From Heterodontus francisci (taxonomy: Eukaryota): a stretch of DNA of 64,000 nucleotides. Positions 25,119 through 37,733 of this stretch are shown here, one piece after another. The translations under genes were made by a program, and so were the position numbers. The first letter of the stretch is position 1. Every line of letters starts with the position of its first letter. The stretch lies in NCBI RefSeq assembly GCF_036365525.1, contig NC_090373.1:130581962-130645961 (forward strand). Reading direction: 5' to 3'. The notes beneath the pieces were generated by a model that was not told the DNA's origin, did not search any database, and saw only the letters and a list, made by a program, of their open reading frames with translations.

Positions 25119-26100
25119 ATATAAAAACAGAAAGTGCTGGAAATACTCTGACAACATCTGTGGAGACAGAAACAGAGCTAACGGTCGGAATTTTACACCC
25201 CCCCCCCAAATGAGTTGGCTGGTGGTGGTGGGTGGGTGTGTACAATTGAGTGGGAGGCGCGCAGGGTGGGGGGCTGTTCCCGTTCCCCCCCAACCCCCCC
25301 ACCCCTGTTGCAAATTTACACGGGGCGGCGGTGGGGAGAAATGGCTCGCCTGCCCCTGGCTAATCAAGCCGCTTAAGTGCCCAATTAACTGGCACCTAAG
25401 GGGCTCCACCTGCCACTGTGGGTATTTTACCCTTGGCTGGCAGGTGGATGAGGCCTCTAAAAGCCTGCTGGGTGAAAACAGGCGGCCTTCTTGTGGGCTG
25501 GTGGGGGACCTTCCTGATCAGGCACCCTGTGCCCCACGGAGGGCTGCCCCCAAAGCCCCAACCACTCCCAATGCACAACTGTCTCCCCGCTTCCCTAACC
25601 AACTCCCCTTGCCTCACTGGGGCCCAATTAATTGTCCCCAGCGAGGCCCTAAAAACTTACCTTTTTCCAGTACCATCCTTCCTGCTGCTTCCGATGGCTG
25701 GGTGTAATCCCAGCAGTGGCCACTGCTCCCGGTGGTACTGCTGGGACTAAGAGCTGCCGGCCCGCTGATTGGCCGGCATCTCCATTAAGTGGGATGTCCT
25801 GCCTCAATGAGGTGGAAGTCCCGCCCAAGACCAAATAAAGGCATGTGGAGTGAAAAATCCCAGTCTGGCTCCCCCGGCTCAGTGGAGGTGGGCTTGCCAC
25901 CGGCTTTTCGGTTTGTGGACGGGGCCTCCTGCCCAACAAAAAAATTCCAGCCAACGTTTCAAAGTTCTGATGAAAGGTCATTGACCTGACACATTAAATC
26001 TGTTTCTTTCTCCATAGATGCTGCTGAACCTGCTGAGTATTTCCAGCACTTGCTGTTTTCATTTCAGATTTCCAGCATGCGTAGTATTTTGCTTTTATTT
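25119..26100. mobile_element. Older miniature fold-back PLE element split by a MITE, with a degenerate hammerhead at 25963-25999
   Basis: Inverted PLE 3'-end arms at 25119-25182 and 25963-26100; AGTTCTGATGAAAGGTCATTGACCTGACAC; imperfect TSD ATTATTTAATAT / ATTATTTGATAT. Confidence 0.78.
25183..25952. mobile_element. Harbinger-type MITE
   Basis: TIRs GGTCGGAATTTT / AAAATTCCAGCC; exact 3-bp TSD AAC/AAC. Confidence 0.88.
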
Positions 26101-26149
26101 AACTATTATTTGATATTTATTCAGAAGCAAGGTTATTTGGTGCAGTGAG

Positions 26150-27612
26150 GCACAGTGTGGCTTTCGTGCAGAGAGATCGACCGTTGACATGCTGTTCTCC
26201 CTTCGTCAGATACAGGAGAAATGCCGCGAACAACAGATGCCCCTCTACATTGCTTTCATTGATCTCACCAAAGCCTTTGACCTCGTCAGCAGACGTGGTC
26301 TCTTCAGACTACTAGAAAAGATTGGATGTCCACCAAAGCTACTAAGTATCATCACCTCATTCCATGACAATATGAAAGGCACAATTCAACATGGCGGTAC
26401 CTCATCAGACCCCTTTCCTATCCTGAGTGGCGTGAAACAGGGCTGTGTTCTCGCACTCACACTCTTTGGGACTTTCTTCTCCCTGCTGCTTTCACATGCG
26501 TTCAAGTCTTCTGAAGAAGGAATTTTCCTCCACACAAGATCAGGGGGCAGGTTGTTCAACCTTGCCCGTCTAAGAGCGAAGTCCAAAGTACGGAAAGTCC
26601 TCATCAGGGAACTCCTCTTTGCTGACGATGCTGCTTTAACATCTCACACTGAAGAGTGTCTGCAGAGTCTCATCGACAGGTTTGTGGCTGCCTGCAATGA
26701 ATTTGGCCTAACCATCAGCCTCAAGAAAACGAACATCATGGGGCAGGACTTCAGAAATGCTCCATCCATCAATATCGGCGACCACGCTCTGGAAGTGGTT
26801 CAAGAGTTCACCTACCTAGGCTCAACTATCACCAGTAACCTGTCTCTCGATGCAGAAATCAACAAGCGCATGGGTAAGGCTTCCACTGCTATGTCCAGAC
26901 TGGCCAAGAGAGTGTGGGAAAATGGCGCACTGACACGGAACACAAAAGTCCGAGTCTATCAAGCCTGTGTCCTCAGTACCTTGCTCTATGGCAGTGAGGC
27001 CTGGACAACGTATGTCAGCCAAGAGCAGCGTCTCAATTCATTCCATCTTCGCTGCCTCCGGAGAATCCTTGGCATCAGGTGGCAGGACCATATCGCCAAC
27101 ACAGAAGTCCTCAAGGCGGCCAACATCCCCAGCTTATACACACTACTGAGTCAGCAGTGCTTGAGATGGCTTGGCCATATGAGCCGCATGGAAGATGGCA
27201 GGATCCCAAAAGACACATTGTACAGCCACTCGCCAATGGTATCAGACCCACCGGCCGTCCATGTCTCCGCTTCAAAGACGTCTGCAAACACGACATGAAG
27301 TCCTGTGACATTGATCACAAGTCGTGGGTGTCAGTTGCCAGCATTCGCCAGAACTGGCGGGCAGTCATAAAGGCGGGGCTAAAGTGTGGCGAGTCGAAGA
27401 GACTTCGCAGTTGGCAGGAAAAAAGACAGAAGCGCAAGGGGAGAGCCAACTGTGTAACAGCCCCGACAAACAAATTTTTCTGCAGCACCTGTGGAAGAGC
27501 CTGTCACTCTAGAATTGGCCTTTTTAGCCACTCCAGGCGCTGCTCCACACACCACTGACCATCTCCAGGCGCTTACCCATTGTCTCTCGAGATAAGGAGG
27601 TCATAGAAGAAG
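26150..27612 (+). mobile_element. RTE-clade LINE, 5'-truncated, with a near-intact RT and a C-terminal C2H2-like finger
   Basis: QCGFRAERSTVDMLFSLRQIQEKCREQ, FIDLTKAFD, GVKQGCVL, LLFADDAAL, FTYLGS, LLYGSEAWT and CSTCGRACHSRIGLFSH. One frameshift near 27225; short 3' UTR. Confidence 0.93.
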
Positions 27613-28359
27613 GTAGCGGTGGGTGGAGTGGTGGCTCAGATCCCTATTTTGATGAGTTATCTATCTGACAGGTCCTACTGTTGGAGGTTTGAAACCTTCC
27701 TCTGGATTTGTCAAGTTCACAGGATATATTGCGATCCCAGTGCAAAACGTTGAAGTTTAATGATCAGCAACAAATCTATGAAATTGTTTAAAGGTGAAAT
27801 TATATTCAAAAATCAAAAAATAAAGCTCGATGACACCATCAGCGGCAAGCCAACGATGCTTGCCGCTGACCTAAAAGAAAGTTGCCCACAAAGATCTAGC
27901 AATCTTTGCGGTATGTATTTCCCCTTTCCCGATATTATTTTGACTCTGGTGCCTAGTCACAGGGGTCTGCAGGTGTCCAGCAGCAGTGGTGTCATCAAGA
28001 AGGATAAGCAGCTAATCACATTGATGTATTCTTACAGACAGCAAGTGACTCCCTTCACTTCTAATTTTAAATGCTACGGCTAGTGGAAGGAATGGTTGGG
28101 ACGTACACGTGGAATTAAGGTAGAAGCTAAAATATCATAAACAAACTTTTGATCAAAAAATTATTATTTTAATAATATGTGGCATTGCTTAAGATAATAA
28201 AGAAATCCAAAATTCAACAAATGCGAAATTAATGTTTCAGGACCACTGAGGCTATTTAGCAGTAATTATGAACACAGAACGCTGTTAAAAACTCAGTTCC
28301 ACCTCATTCAATAAGCTGTACTTTTTTCAAAGGTTTTTACACTGAGACTAAAAGCCTAA

Positions 28360-29050
28360 GGGCTGTATTTTGTGCAGGAAGTGGGGCTCCTGGTGCTGGG
28401 CCGAAAAGCATTTTTTCGGACTCCCAGAGTGATCGTCCAGTCTTTTGAGGTCAAAGTTTAAGGAGGCGGGATCCCTATCCCTGTGAAAGCTTTATCGGGA
28501 TGGGGATCCCGCCTCCAAGAGCTGCCAGCCAATCAGAGGACCGACAGCTCAGCAGTATCTGCAGCGACACCGGGAGCAGTGGCCACTGTCAGTACTGGAA
28601 AGGCCTTGGACCCAGGCGCAGCGCTGGAACCCGGAGAAGATGTAGGTGAGGCGGGGTCACCGGGGCCAGTCCGGAAGGCCGCGACGAGGGGGGTGGGGGG
28701 GCGGGCATTCGGTCCAGGGGGAGGGTGTCCCGGTGGGGGTCCTCTGTGGGCCATACATTGCCCACTGTTTTCCAAGGCGTCCTCCCTGCGTGGCGCAGGC
28801 CACCCCTCCCCCCGCCGCTGGTAAGATCCCAGTGGCAGCGGGAAGAGCCCTTAATTGGCCTCTGGGCGGGAAGGTCGTCGTTGGCCTATCCTGTTCCTGG
28901 GAGAATTGGAAGCGGGAATCCCGATGTCGGGTTCTGTGGTGGGTGATTGTGCCCGATTCTCCGGCTCTCCCCCCCCCCCTCCCCACACCCCCCCCCCCCC
29001 CACCCCGCTGCCACGAAACCTGCTGTTGGGACGAGAACAAAATCCAGCCC
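28360..29050. mobile_element. Harbinger-type MITE, apparently nested in an older repeat (~27930-29285)
   Basis: TIRs GGGCTGTATTTT / AAAATCCAGCCC; flanks TAA/TGA. Confidence 0.85.
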
Positions 29051-29566
29051 TGAGACTGGAAGTCCTTGTCAGTTCAGTGATTTCTAATAGATTGCATTTG
29101 GGAGGGAGGAGTGGGGGAACCACAACAGCGCAACCCCTGGAGAAGCATAGAATCACTGAAAGCAACATCTGGATTTCTGCATTTAACCGCGCATGTGTGA
29201 ACTCCAGAAGCTGCTGTCGATTTCAGAGGATTAGCAACTGCAAACGCTGACAGTTTTGCCACCAATACTACCGCAAAATCCGGGCTAACGATCGCGTATG
29301 GAAATTTTGGAAGACCCTGTGGGAGAATTGCGCGATTGCCATGTTTAGTCACTCTTCAGTGGAAATGGCTGATGATAATATTTCTGTAAGTAACATTTTT
29401 ATTTGTATCACAGAATCAGGGCCAATGGCAAAGTTCTGTGCATAAAGTTCATAAAACATCAATTTTAAAGTGTGCTTTTAGAAACAATAAAAAAGGTAAA
29501 GAAATATTTGTGAATGTAATAAAATTCTAAAAACGTCCCAAGGTCTTGGAGAGTGCAATTAAAGAT

Positions 29567-29961
29567 TTATTTATTTTATTTATTTATTTAGAGATACAGC
29601 ACTGAAACAGGCCCTTCGGCCCACCGGGTCTGTGCTGACCATCAACCACCCATTTATACTAATCCTACATTAATCCCATATTCCTACCACATCCCCAACT
29701 TCCCTCAATTCCCCTACCACCTACCTATACTAGGGGCAATTTATAATGGCCAATTACCTATCAACCTGCTAGTCTTTGGCTGTGGGAGGAAACCGGAGCA
29801 CCCAGCGAAAACCCACGCGGTCACAGGGAGAACTTGCAAACTCTGCACAGGCAGTACCCAGAATTGAACCCGGGTCGCTGGAGTTGTGAGGCTGCGGTGC
29901 TAACCACTGCGCCACTGTGCTGCCCCAACTGTGCCGCTCCACTGCGCCACTGTGCCGCCCC
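29567..29961 (-). mobile_element. V-SINE (HE1-like) with a duplicated 5' head
   Basis: Reverse complement of 15295-15645; (TAAA)n tail at 29567-29590. Confidence 0.9.
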
Positions 29962-30739
29962 TTTTTGATTGTTGCTGTTGTCGAAACGGATGCCTTTCCG
30001 ATAACTCAAAAATAATAGAATTTGCCGATTTCCTGCTTGTTTTGACATAAGAAGTACTTTTAGCAAGCTAGAATTTTATTTCTATGCCTCAAGCATGAAT
30101 AGAGCTGCACAGCAAGCCACTGGATTTCAAGTCAGCTGCAGAATAGAAGCTTTCCTGTGTCATTAGGTACATGGGTTAAGTATTTGCTCAGAAGAAAGGC
30201 ATGCTTTCAAAGGGTGAGAAACTTTTTTTTCCAAGTAAAGAAAAATTGGATGATCTCAGACTCCAACTGTCTTTTGCAACTAATGATGAAATAAAAGCTG
30301 CAATAAAAATGTTGGAGGTTGTTATTTATTCTGCTTTATAGAGGTGATTGTATTTCAAATATAAAAGGAAGGTGGCTTCTGAAACAGCCATGGTCTTTTC
30401 CTGTTTTATCTTAATAAAGTAATTGGTTTGCAACTAATTAGGTAGGATAACATTATAGTTATGCCAAGAATATTCACAGGATTAACAGTATATCCTAATG
30501 ATGCTCAGCCGATCTACAGAATATAATCACAAACTTATGGCTTTAACCATTTATTCTATGAGAGCTTATGGCCCAAGAGGGCAAAATCTGTGAAAGTAAA
30601 TCCTTTCTGACCCAGAATAACTTAACATGCTTCCTTCACAACTGCTGTGGTCACACTGTTATCGTCTGTATTTGCATTGGAATTCATGATGCATTAGGAA
30701 TGTAATGCATGATGTGACCTGTTGAGGGGGCTCCTACAG

Positions 30740-30912
30740 GAAACATGTATTTGTCACTGGTGTTCAATCCCCGTACCAGCTGTGGTAGTTCATGGAGGCC
30801 TGCCTCCTTGCCTTGCTCCATGCTTGAGGAGTGGTGACCCTCAAGCTACACATCACCACCTGTCTCCAATGGGGGAGAGGTGCCTATGGACCCCAGGGAC
30901 TATGGCTAGAGT
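30740..30912 (+). mobile_element. Unclassified SINE-like repeat (second copy at 38125-38266)
   Basis: B-box-like GTTCAATCCC followed by ATGCTTGAGGAGTGGTGACCCTCAAGCTA...GGGACTATGGCTAGA, shared with 38125-38266. Confidence 0.6.
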
Positions 30913-31781
30913 TCAAAAGGAATGGAAACTTGGTGCTGCGACTGTTCTGTGCATTGATCCATGTCAGCCTAAAGTATGAGCTTCATGCTGACCCTGGATC
31001 TCAGTATAATAAAGCATTACAGGACAGATTTTTCTCTTCTTGTCCCTGGGTGAAGGATTGAAGTGAGGAAAAACAGCTGAAGAGGTCTGTACAACCACCA
31101 TGGAATCCACCCAGTTTTTCACCTCTTTAAATCAATGAACAGAATTAAATATATAATCATAGAGTCATAGTGATTTATGGCATAGAAGGAGGCCATTTGA
31201 CCCATTGGGTCCATGCCAGCTGTCTGTGGAGCAATCCAGTCAGTCCCACTCCTCCGTTCGATTCCCGTAGCCCTGTAAGTTTATTTTCTTCAAGTGGCTA
31301 TCCAATTTCCTTTTGAAATCATTGATTGTCTCCACTTCCACCACCCTAGTGTGCAGCGAGTTCCAGGGCATTACCACCCGCTGCATAAAAAAAGTTCTTT
31401 CTCATATTCCCCTTACATCTCTTGCCCAAAACCAATCAATGTCCCCTAGTCCTTATACCATCAGTTAATGGGAACAGTTTTTCCTAGTCTAACTTATCTA
31501 AACCTGTCACAATCTTGTACACCTCCATCAAATCTCCCTGCAATCTCCTTTGCTCCAGGGAGAACAGCCCCAGCTTTTCTAACTTAACCTTGTAGTCTTT
31601 AGAACTGTGCTATTAAGCATATATTGCCTCTCCCTATTCCTTCTGCCAAAATACATCACCTCAGACTTGTCTGTATTAAATTCCATCTGCCACTCATCTG
31701 CGCATTCTGCTCGCCCATCTATGTCCTGTTGCAGGCAGTTCATATCATCCTCACTGTTTGCCATTCCTCCAAGTTTGTTAT

Positions 31782-32621
31782 TGTCATGCAGGTCCCTGCC
31801 TGCCAAGAACATTAATTTTGCCACATGGACATTAAATTTCAAATTGTTGCTGGGAAGAAGAGAAGGCCTGTTACAAGGGGTTGCCAGGCCCCTGGCTGGA
31901 AATACACTTTTGCATATTAACAGACAGTGCTTGTAGACAAAGGAGCTATTCCCTGCTCCAATTTAATCCAAAAAGCCAGAAGTGGTTCTACCAGTCGGTC
32001 ACGTGACCACCCTGCTGGCCAACTTGGGGAGTTTTAAATTGTAGAGACAGTGTTTGAACTGGCAGAAAGTTGAATGCTCCTCGACTGCAGCAGACATCCT
32101 CTCTCCTGTCTGCTCCCATCTCTTTCTCACGGAACTCCAAAAACCGACTGAAGACACATGAAACCCAAGAAAGAAAAGTCTCCGACAGTGAACAAGGTTT
32201 AAGAAGAATACTGGGCCCAAATGAAAAGCAAGACCTACCGGCAATTAAGGACACTACAGTGAGCTCGAAGAACCATAACAAAAACTCTTCAGATATTGCC
32301 TCAAACCTTTAGACTTTAATTTTTCTTCTCTTTTCTGTCTCTATTTGCATGTGTGTATCATGTATGCATGCTAGGGTGGGCGTGTCGTGTATCCGTAGGC
32401 GTCAACTGAATTAGAGTTTAAGTTTAATAAAATTTCACCTTTCTTCTTCAAATCTAAGAAAGCCTGTTTGTGCTCGTTTCTTTACCTTATAATTGGAAAG
32501 CGGTGAACAAGGATTCACAAACGGGGGAGCTAAAAACAGTGTGTTAAAAAAACCCTGTTACAGTAAGTTCAGGTGAAGGCTGAAATGGAACCCTAGAATT
32601 CTTTCTCACCTGGTTGTAACA
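31782..32621 (+). mobile_element. Solo LTR of the 14794 family
   Basis: TGTCATG...GTAACA termini; exact 5-bp TSD GTTAT; AATAAA near 32426. Confidence 0.92.
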
Positions 32622-33021
32622 GTTATCATCAGCAAATTTTGAAATTCTACTCGGTACTCCAAAATCCAAGTCATCTATATATAGCAAAAAAAGCAATGGT
32701 CCCAGCACTGACCGATGGGGAACACCACTGTCTAGCAGCCTCCAGTCTGAGAAAAAACTACTTACCATGACTCGGAGTTTTCTGTCCTTAAGCCAATTTT
32801 TTAAATCCAATTTGGCACTGACCCTCCTATTCCATGAGCCTCAATTTTGTTAACCAGCCTTTTCTGTGATACTTTCTCAAATGCTTTGTTAAAATCTATA
32901 TAATCAACATCCACTGCATTCTCTTCATCAACCTTCCCTGTTACTTCATCAAAAAATTCAATTAGATTAGTCAAGCACGATCTGCCTTTTACAAATCCGT
33001 GCTGGCTATCCTTAATTAACA

Positions 33022-36000
33022 ATGAATGAATATGGAATTAAAAAAGCTAGTCTAATGATGGCCATAAAACCATTGTTGATTGTTGTAAAAACCCATCTGG
33101 TTCACTAATGTCCTTTAGGAAAGGAAATCTGCCATGCTTACCTGGTCTGGCCTACATGTGATTCCAGACCCACAGCAATGTGGTTGACTCTTAAATGACC
33201 GAGCAAGCCACTCAGTTGTATTTAACCGCTACGAAGTCAATAAGGAATGAAACCAGACAGATCATCCGGCATCCACCTAGGCACTGGAAATGACAACGGC
33301 AAACCTAGTGCTGTTGACCCTCAAAAGTCCTCCTGACCAAGTCTGGGGGCTTGTGCCAAAATTGGGAGAGCTGTCACACAGACTAGTCAAGTAACATCCT
33401 CACATAGTCATACTCACATGCCTTATAGACAATGTCCCAGACACTGCCATCACAATCCTCGGGTATGTCCTGTCCCACCGGTAGAATAGACCCAGCAGAG
33501 GTGGTGGCACAGTGGTATACAGTCAGGAGGGAGTTGCCCTGGGGGTCCTCAACATCGATGCCAGAGCCAATGAAGTCTCATGGCATCAGGTGAAACATGG
33601 GCAAGGAAACATAGGAGCAGGAGTAGGCCATTCAGCCGATCGTACCTGCCCGCCATTTAATATGATCTTGGCTGATCATCCACTTCAATGCCTTTTTCCC
33701 ACACAATTCTCATACCCCCTTATGTCATTTGTATTTAGAAATCTGTCAACCTCTGCTTTAAACATACTCAATGACTGAGCTTCCACAGCCCTCTGGGGTG
33801 GAGAACCTCCTGCTGATTACCACCCATCACCATCCCCTTCAGCTGATGAAACGGTACTCCTCCATGTTGACCAGCACTTGGAGGAAGCACTGAGAGTGGC
33901 AAGGGTGCAGAATGTACTCTGGGTGGGGGACATCAACGTCCATCACCAAGAGTGGCTCGGTAGCACCACTACTGACCATTCTGGCCGAGTCCTAATGGAG
34001 ATAGCTGCTGGACTGGGTATGCGGCAGGTGGTGAAGGAACAAACAAGAGGGAAAAATATACTTGACTTCATCCTCACCAATCTGCCTACCGCAGATGCAT
34101 CTGTTCATGACAGTGTGGTAGGAGTGATCACCGCACAGTCCTCGCCAAGACAAAGTCTCGTCTTCACATTGAGGATACCCTCTATCGTGTTGTGTGGCAC
34201 TACCACCATGCAAAATGGGATCTAGCAATGCAAAACTCGGCATCCATGAGGCCATCAGCAACAGCAGAATTGTACTCAACCACAATCGGTAACCTCAGGG
34301 CCACATCCTCAACGATGGAGGAGCCCAGCACATCAGTGCAAAAGATAAGACTGAAGCATTTGCAACAATCTTCTGCCAGGAGTGCCGAGTTGATGATCCA
34401 TTTCGGCCTTCTCCTGAAGTTCCCAGCATCACAGATGCATGTCTTCAGCCAATCCAATTCATTCTGCGTGATATCAAGAAATGACTGAAGGCACTGGATA
34501 CTGCAAAGGCTATGGGCCTTGACAACATTGCAGCAATAATACTGAAGACTTGTGCTCCGCAACTTGCCATGCCCCTAGCCGAGCTGTTCCAGTACAGCTA
34601 CAACACTAGCACCTACCCGACAATGTGACAAATTGCCCAGGTATGTCCTATACACAAAAAGCAGGACAAGTCCAACCCGCCCATCAGTCTACTCTCAATC
34701 ATCAGTAATGTGATGGAAGGTGTCATCGACAGTACTATCAAGCGGCACTTGCTTAGCAATAACCTGCTCACTGATGCTCAGTTTGGGTTCTGCCAGGGTC
34801 ATTCAGCACCTGACCTCATTACAGCCTTGGATAAAACATGGACAAAAGAGCTGAACTCAAGAGGTGAGGTGAGAGTGACTGCCCTTGACATCCAGGCAGC
34901 ATTTGACCGAGTATGGCATCAAGGAGCCTTAGCAAAATTGGAGTCAATGGGAAACAGGGGGAAAGCTCTCCGCTGGTTGGAGTCATACCTAACGCAAAGG
35001 AAGATGGTTGCGGTTGTTGGAGGTCAATCATCTCAGTTCCAGGACATCACTGCAGGAGTTCCTCAGGGTAGTGTCCTAGGCCCAACCATCTTCAGCTGCT
35101 TCATCAATGATCTTCCTTCAGTCATAAGGTCAGAAGTGGGGATGTTTGCTGATGATTGCGCAATGTTCAGCACCATTGCGACTCCTCAGATACAGTCCGT
35201 GTAGAAATACAACAAGACTTGGGCAATATTCAGGCTTGGGCTGATAGTGGCAAGTAACATTCGTGCCACACAAGTGCCAGGCCATGACAATCCCCAACAA
35301 GAGAGAATCTAACCATCACCCTTTGATGTTCAATGGTATTATGATTGCTGAATCCCCCACTATCAATATCCTGGGGGTTACCATTGACCAGAAACTGAAC
35401 TGGAGTAGTCATATAAATACCATGGCTACAAGAGCAGGTCAGAGGCTAGGAATCCTGCGGTGATTAACTCACCTCCTGACTCCCAAAGTCTGTCCACCAA
35501 CTACAAGGCACAAGTCAGGAGTGTGATGGAATACTCTCCACTTGCTTGGATTGGTGCAGCTCCAACAACACTCAAGAAGCTCAACACCATCCAGGACAAA
35601 GCAGCCTGCTTGATTGGCACCCCATTCAAAAATATTCACTCCCTCCACCACGGACACACAGTGGCAACAATGTGTACCCCATCTGCAAGATGCACTGCAG
35701 CAATGCACCAAGGCTCTTTAGACAGCACCTTCCAAACTCACGACCTGTACCACCTAGAAGAACAAGGGCAGCAGATGTATGGGAACACTACCACCTGCAA
35801 GTTCCCCTCCAAGCCACATACCATACTGACTTGGAACTATATTGCCGGTCCTACACTGTCGCTGGGTCAAAATCCTGGAACTCCCTTCCTAACAGCACTG
35901 TTGGTGTACCTACCCTACATGGACTACAGAGGTTCAAGAAGGCAGCTCACCTCTCAAGGGCAATTAGAGATGGGCAATAAATGCTGGCCCAGTCAGCGAC

Positions 36001-36030
36001 GCCCACATCCCATGGATGAATAAAAAAAAA
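33022..36030 (+). mobile_element. CR1-group LINE (APE + RT, no ORF1 seen) whose 5' region is the SINE-A body; decayed
   Basis: APE motifs WGLVPKLGELSHRL, RPSRGGGTVVY, WVGDINVHH and NILDFILTN. RT motifs QFGFCQGHS, ALDIQAAFDRVWH, AGVPQGSVLGPTIFSCFINDL and MFADD. Poly-A end at 36030. Small CR1 tail inserted at ~33607-33805. Confidence 0.9.
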
Positions 36031-37733
36031 CCTCAAAACTGTCACAGTGCCTGTGGATTTTTTCCCCCTGATTATTGTTTCTAAAACCTTATCCATCACT
36101 GATGTTAAACTACTTGGCCTGTATTTGCTAGGACTATCCTTACACCCTTTCTTGAATAAGGGTGTTACAATTGCCACTCTCCAATCCTCTGGTACCTCCC
36201 CCCATATCTAAGGAAGTTTGGAAATTTATGGCAAACCCTTCCACTATCTCCACCCCCACTTCCTTTTGCAACCTGGGATGCAAGCCATCCGGACCAGGTT
36301 ACTTATCTACCGTAACCTACCCTTTCCATTACCTCCTCCCTCTCCGTTTTTACCCTATCCATTGACTCTACTCTCTCCACTTCTACTGATAGTTTGTCAG
36401 CATTCTCTTCCTTAGCAAATACCTGTACAAAGTACTCATTAAGTATTCTAACCTTGCCCTGTGTTTCAAGGGTCATATTACCCTCTTTGTCCCTAATAGG
36501 TCCCACTCCACTTCTGACTACTCGCTTACTATTTACATGCTGGTAGAAGATTTTTGGGTTCCCTTTTATGTTGACTGCCATTCTATTCTCATATTCTCTC
36601 TTTGTCAGTCTTATTTTCCTCTTCACCTCCCCTCTCAGATTATTGTATTTGGCCTGGTTCTCACTTGAAGAATTCACCTTTCATGCATCATACAACCTCT
36701 TTTTGTTTCATCATAATCTCTATCTCCCTCGTCATCCAAGGAGCGCTGATTTTGGCTCCCCTGCCTTTTGTCCTTGTTGGAATGTTCCAAGCCTGTACCT
36801 GAAGCATCTCTTTCTTAAAGATAACCCATTGTTCCATTACAGATTTTCCTATCAATATTTGGTTTCATTTTATCCTGGTTAGATCCCTTCTCATTGCATT
36901 GAAATTAGCCCTCTTCCTATCTAGCCATTCTAGCATATACCATTCCTTGCTTTTCTGCATTACGAGTCTAAACCTTATGATACGATGATTATTCTTAACC
37001 AAGTGCTCTCTAAAAGACACTTGGTCCACTTGGCCCATCTCATTTCCCATCAGCAGAGACAGCAATGCCTCCTTTCTAGTTGAACCGAAAACATACTGAT
37101 CAAAGAAATTTTCCTGAACAGAATCTAAAGATTTCTCCCCCCTCCTTTCCCTTTACTGTAAAATTATCACATTTGATATTTGGGGAATTAAAGTCCCCCA
37201 ATATCACCACTCCATAGTTCTCGCACTTCTCAGTGATTTCCTTGCAGATTTGCTCCTCTATCTCTCTCTCTCACTATTTGGAGGCTTATAAAATATCCCG
37301 AGTAAAGTGATCATACCCTTTTTCCTTCTCAACTCTAACCACATGGATTCTATCCTTGCCCCCTCAAGAACATCCTCCCTTTTTAACACTACAATGTCTT
37401 CCCTAATCAGTACCGCCACCCTACCTCCCTTTTTTCCTTGTCTAGCTTTTAAGTATTAAGTGCCCAGTCCTCACAATTTTTAAGGTATATTTCTGTTATT
37501 GCCACTACATCATATTCCCCTACTACTATTTGTGCTTGCAGCTCACCAACTTTATTCACTACAATTTGTGCATTTACATACATGTATTGTAAGCCTGTCT
37601 TTGCATTCCTCGTAGCCCTTCTCAGTCTGCTCCTATCTAATATGGAACTATTGCCTTCTCTGGTACACTCTCACATTATGCACCTTCTTCCTCTTCTCTA
37701 TTTCTATATGCTGGTGCCCATCCCCCTGTCAAT

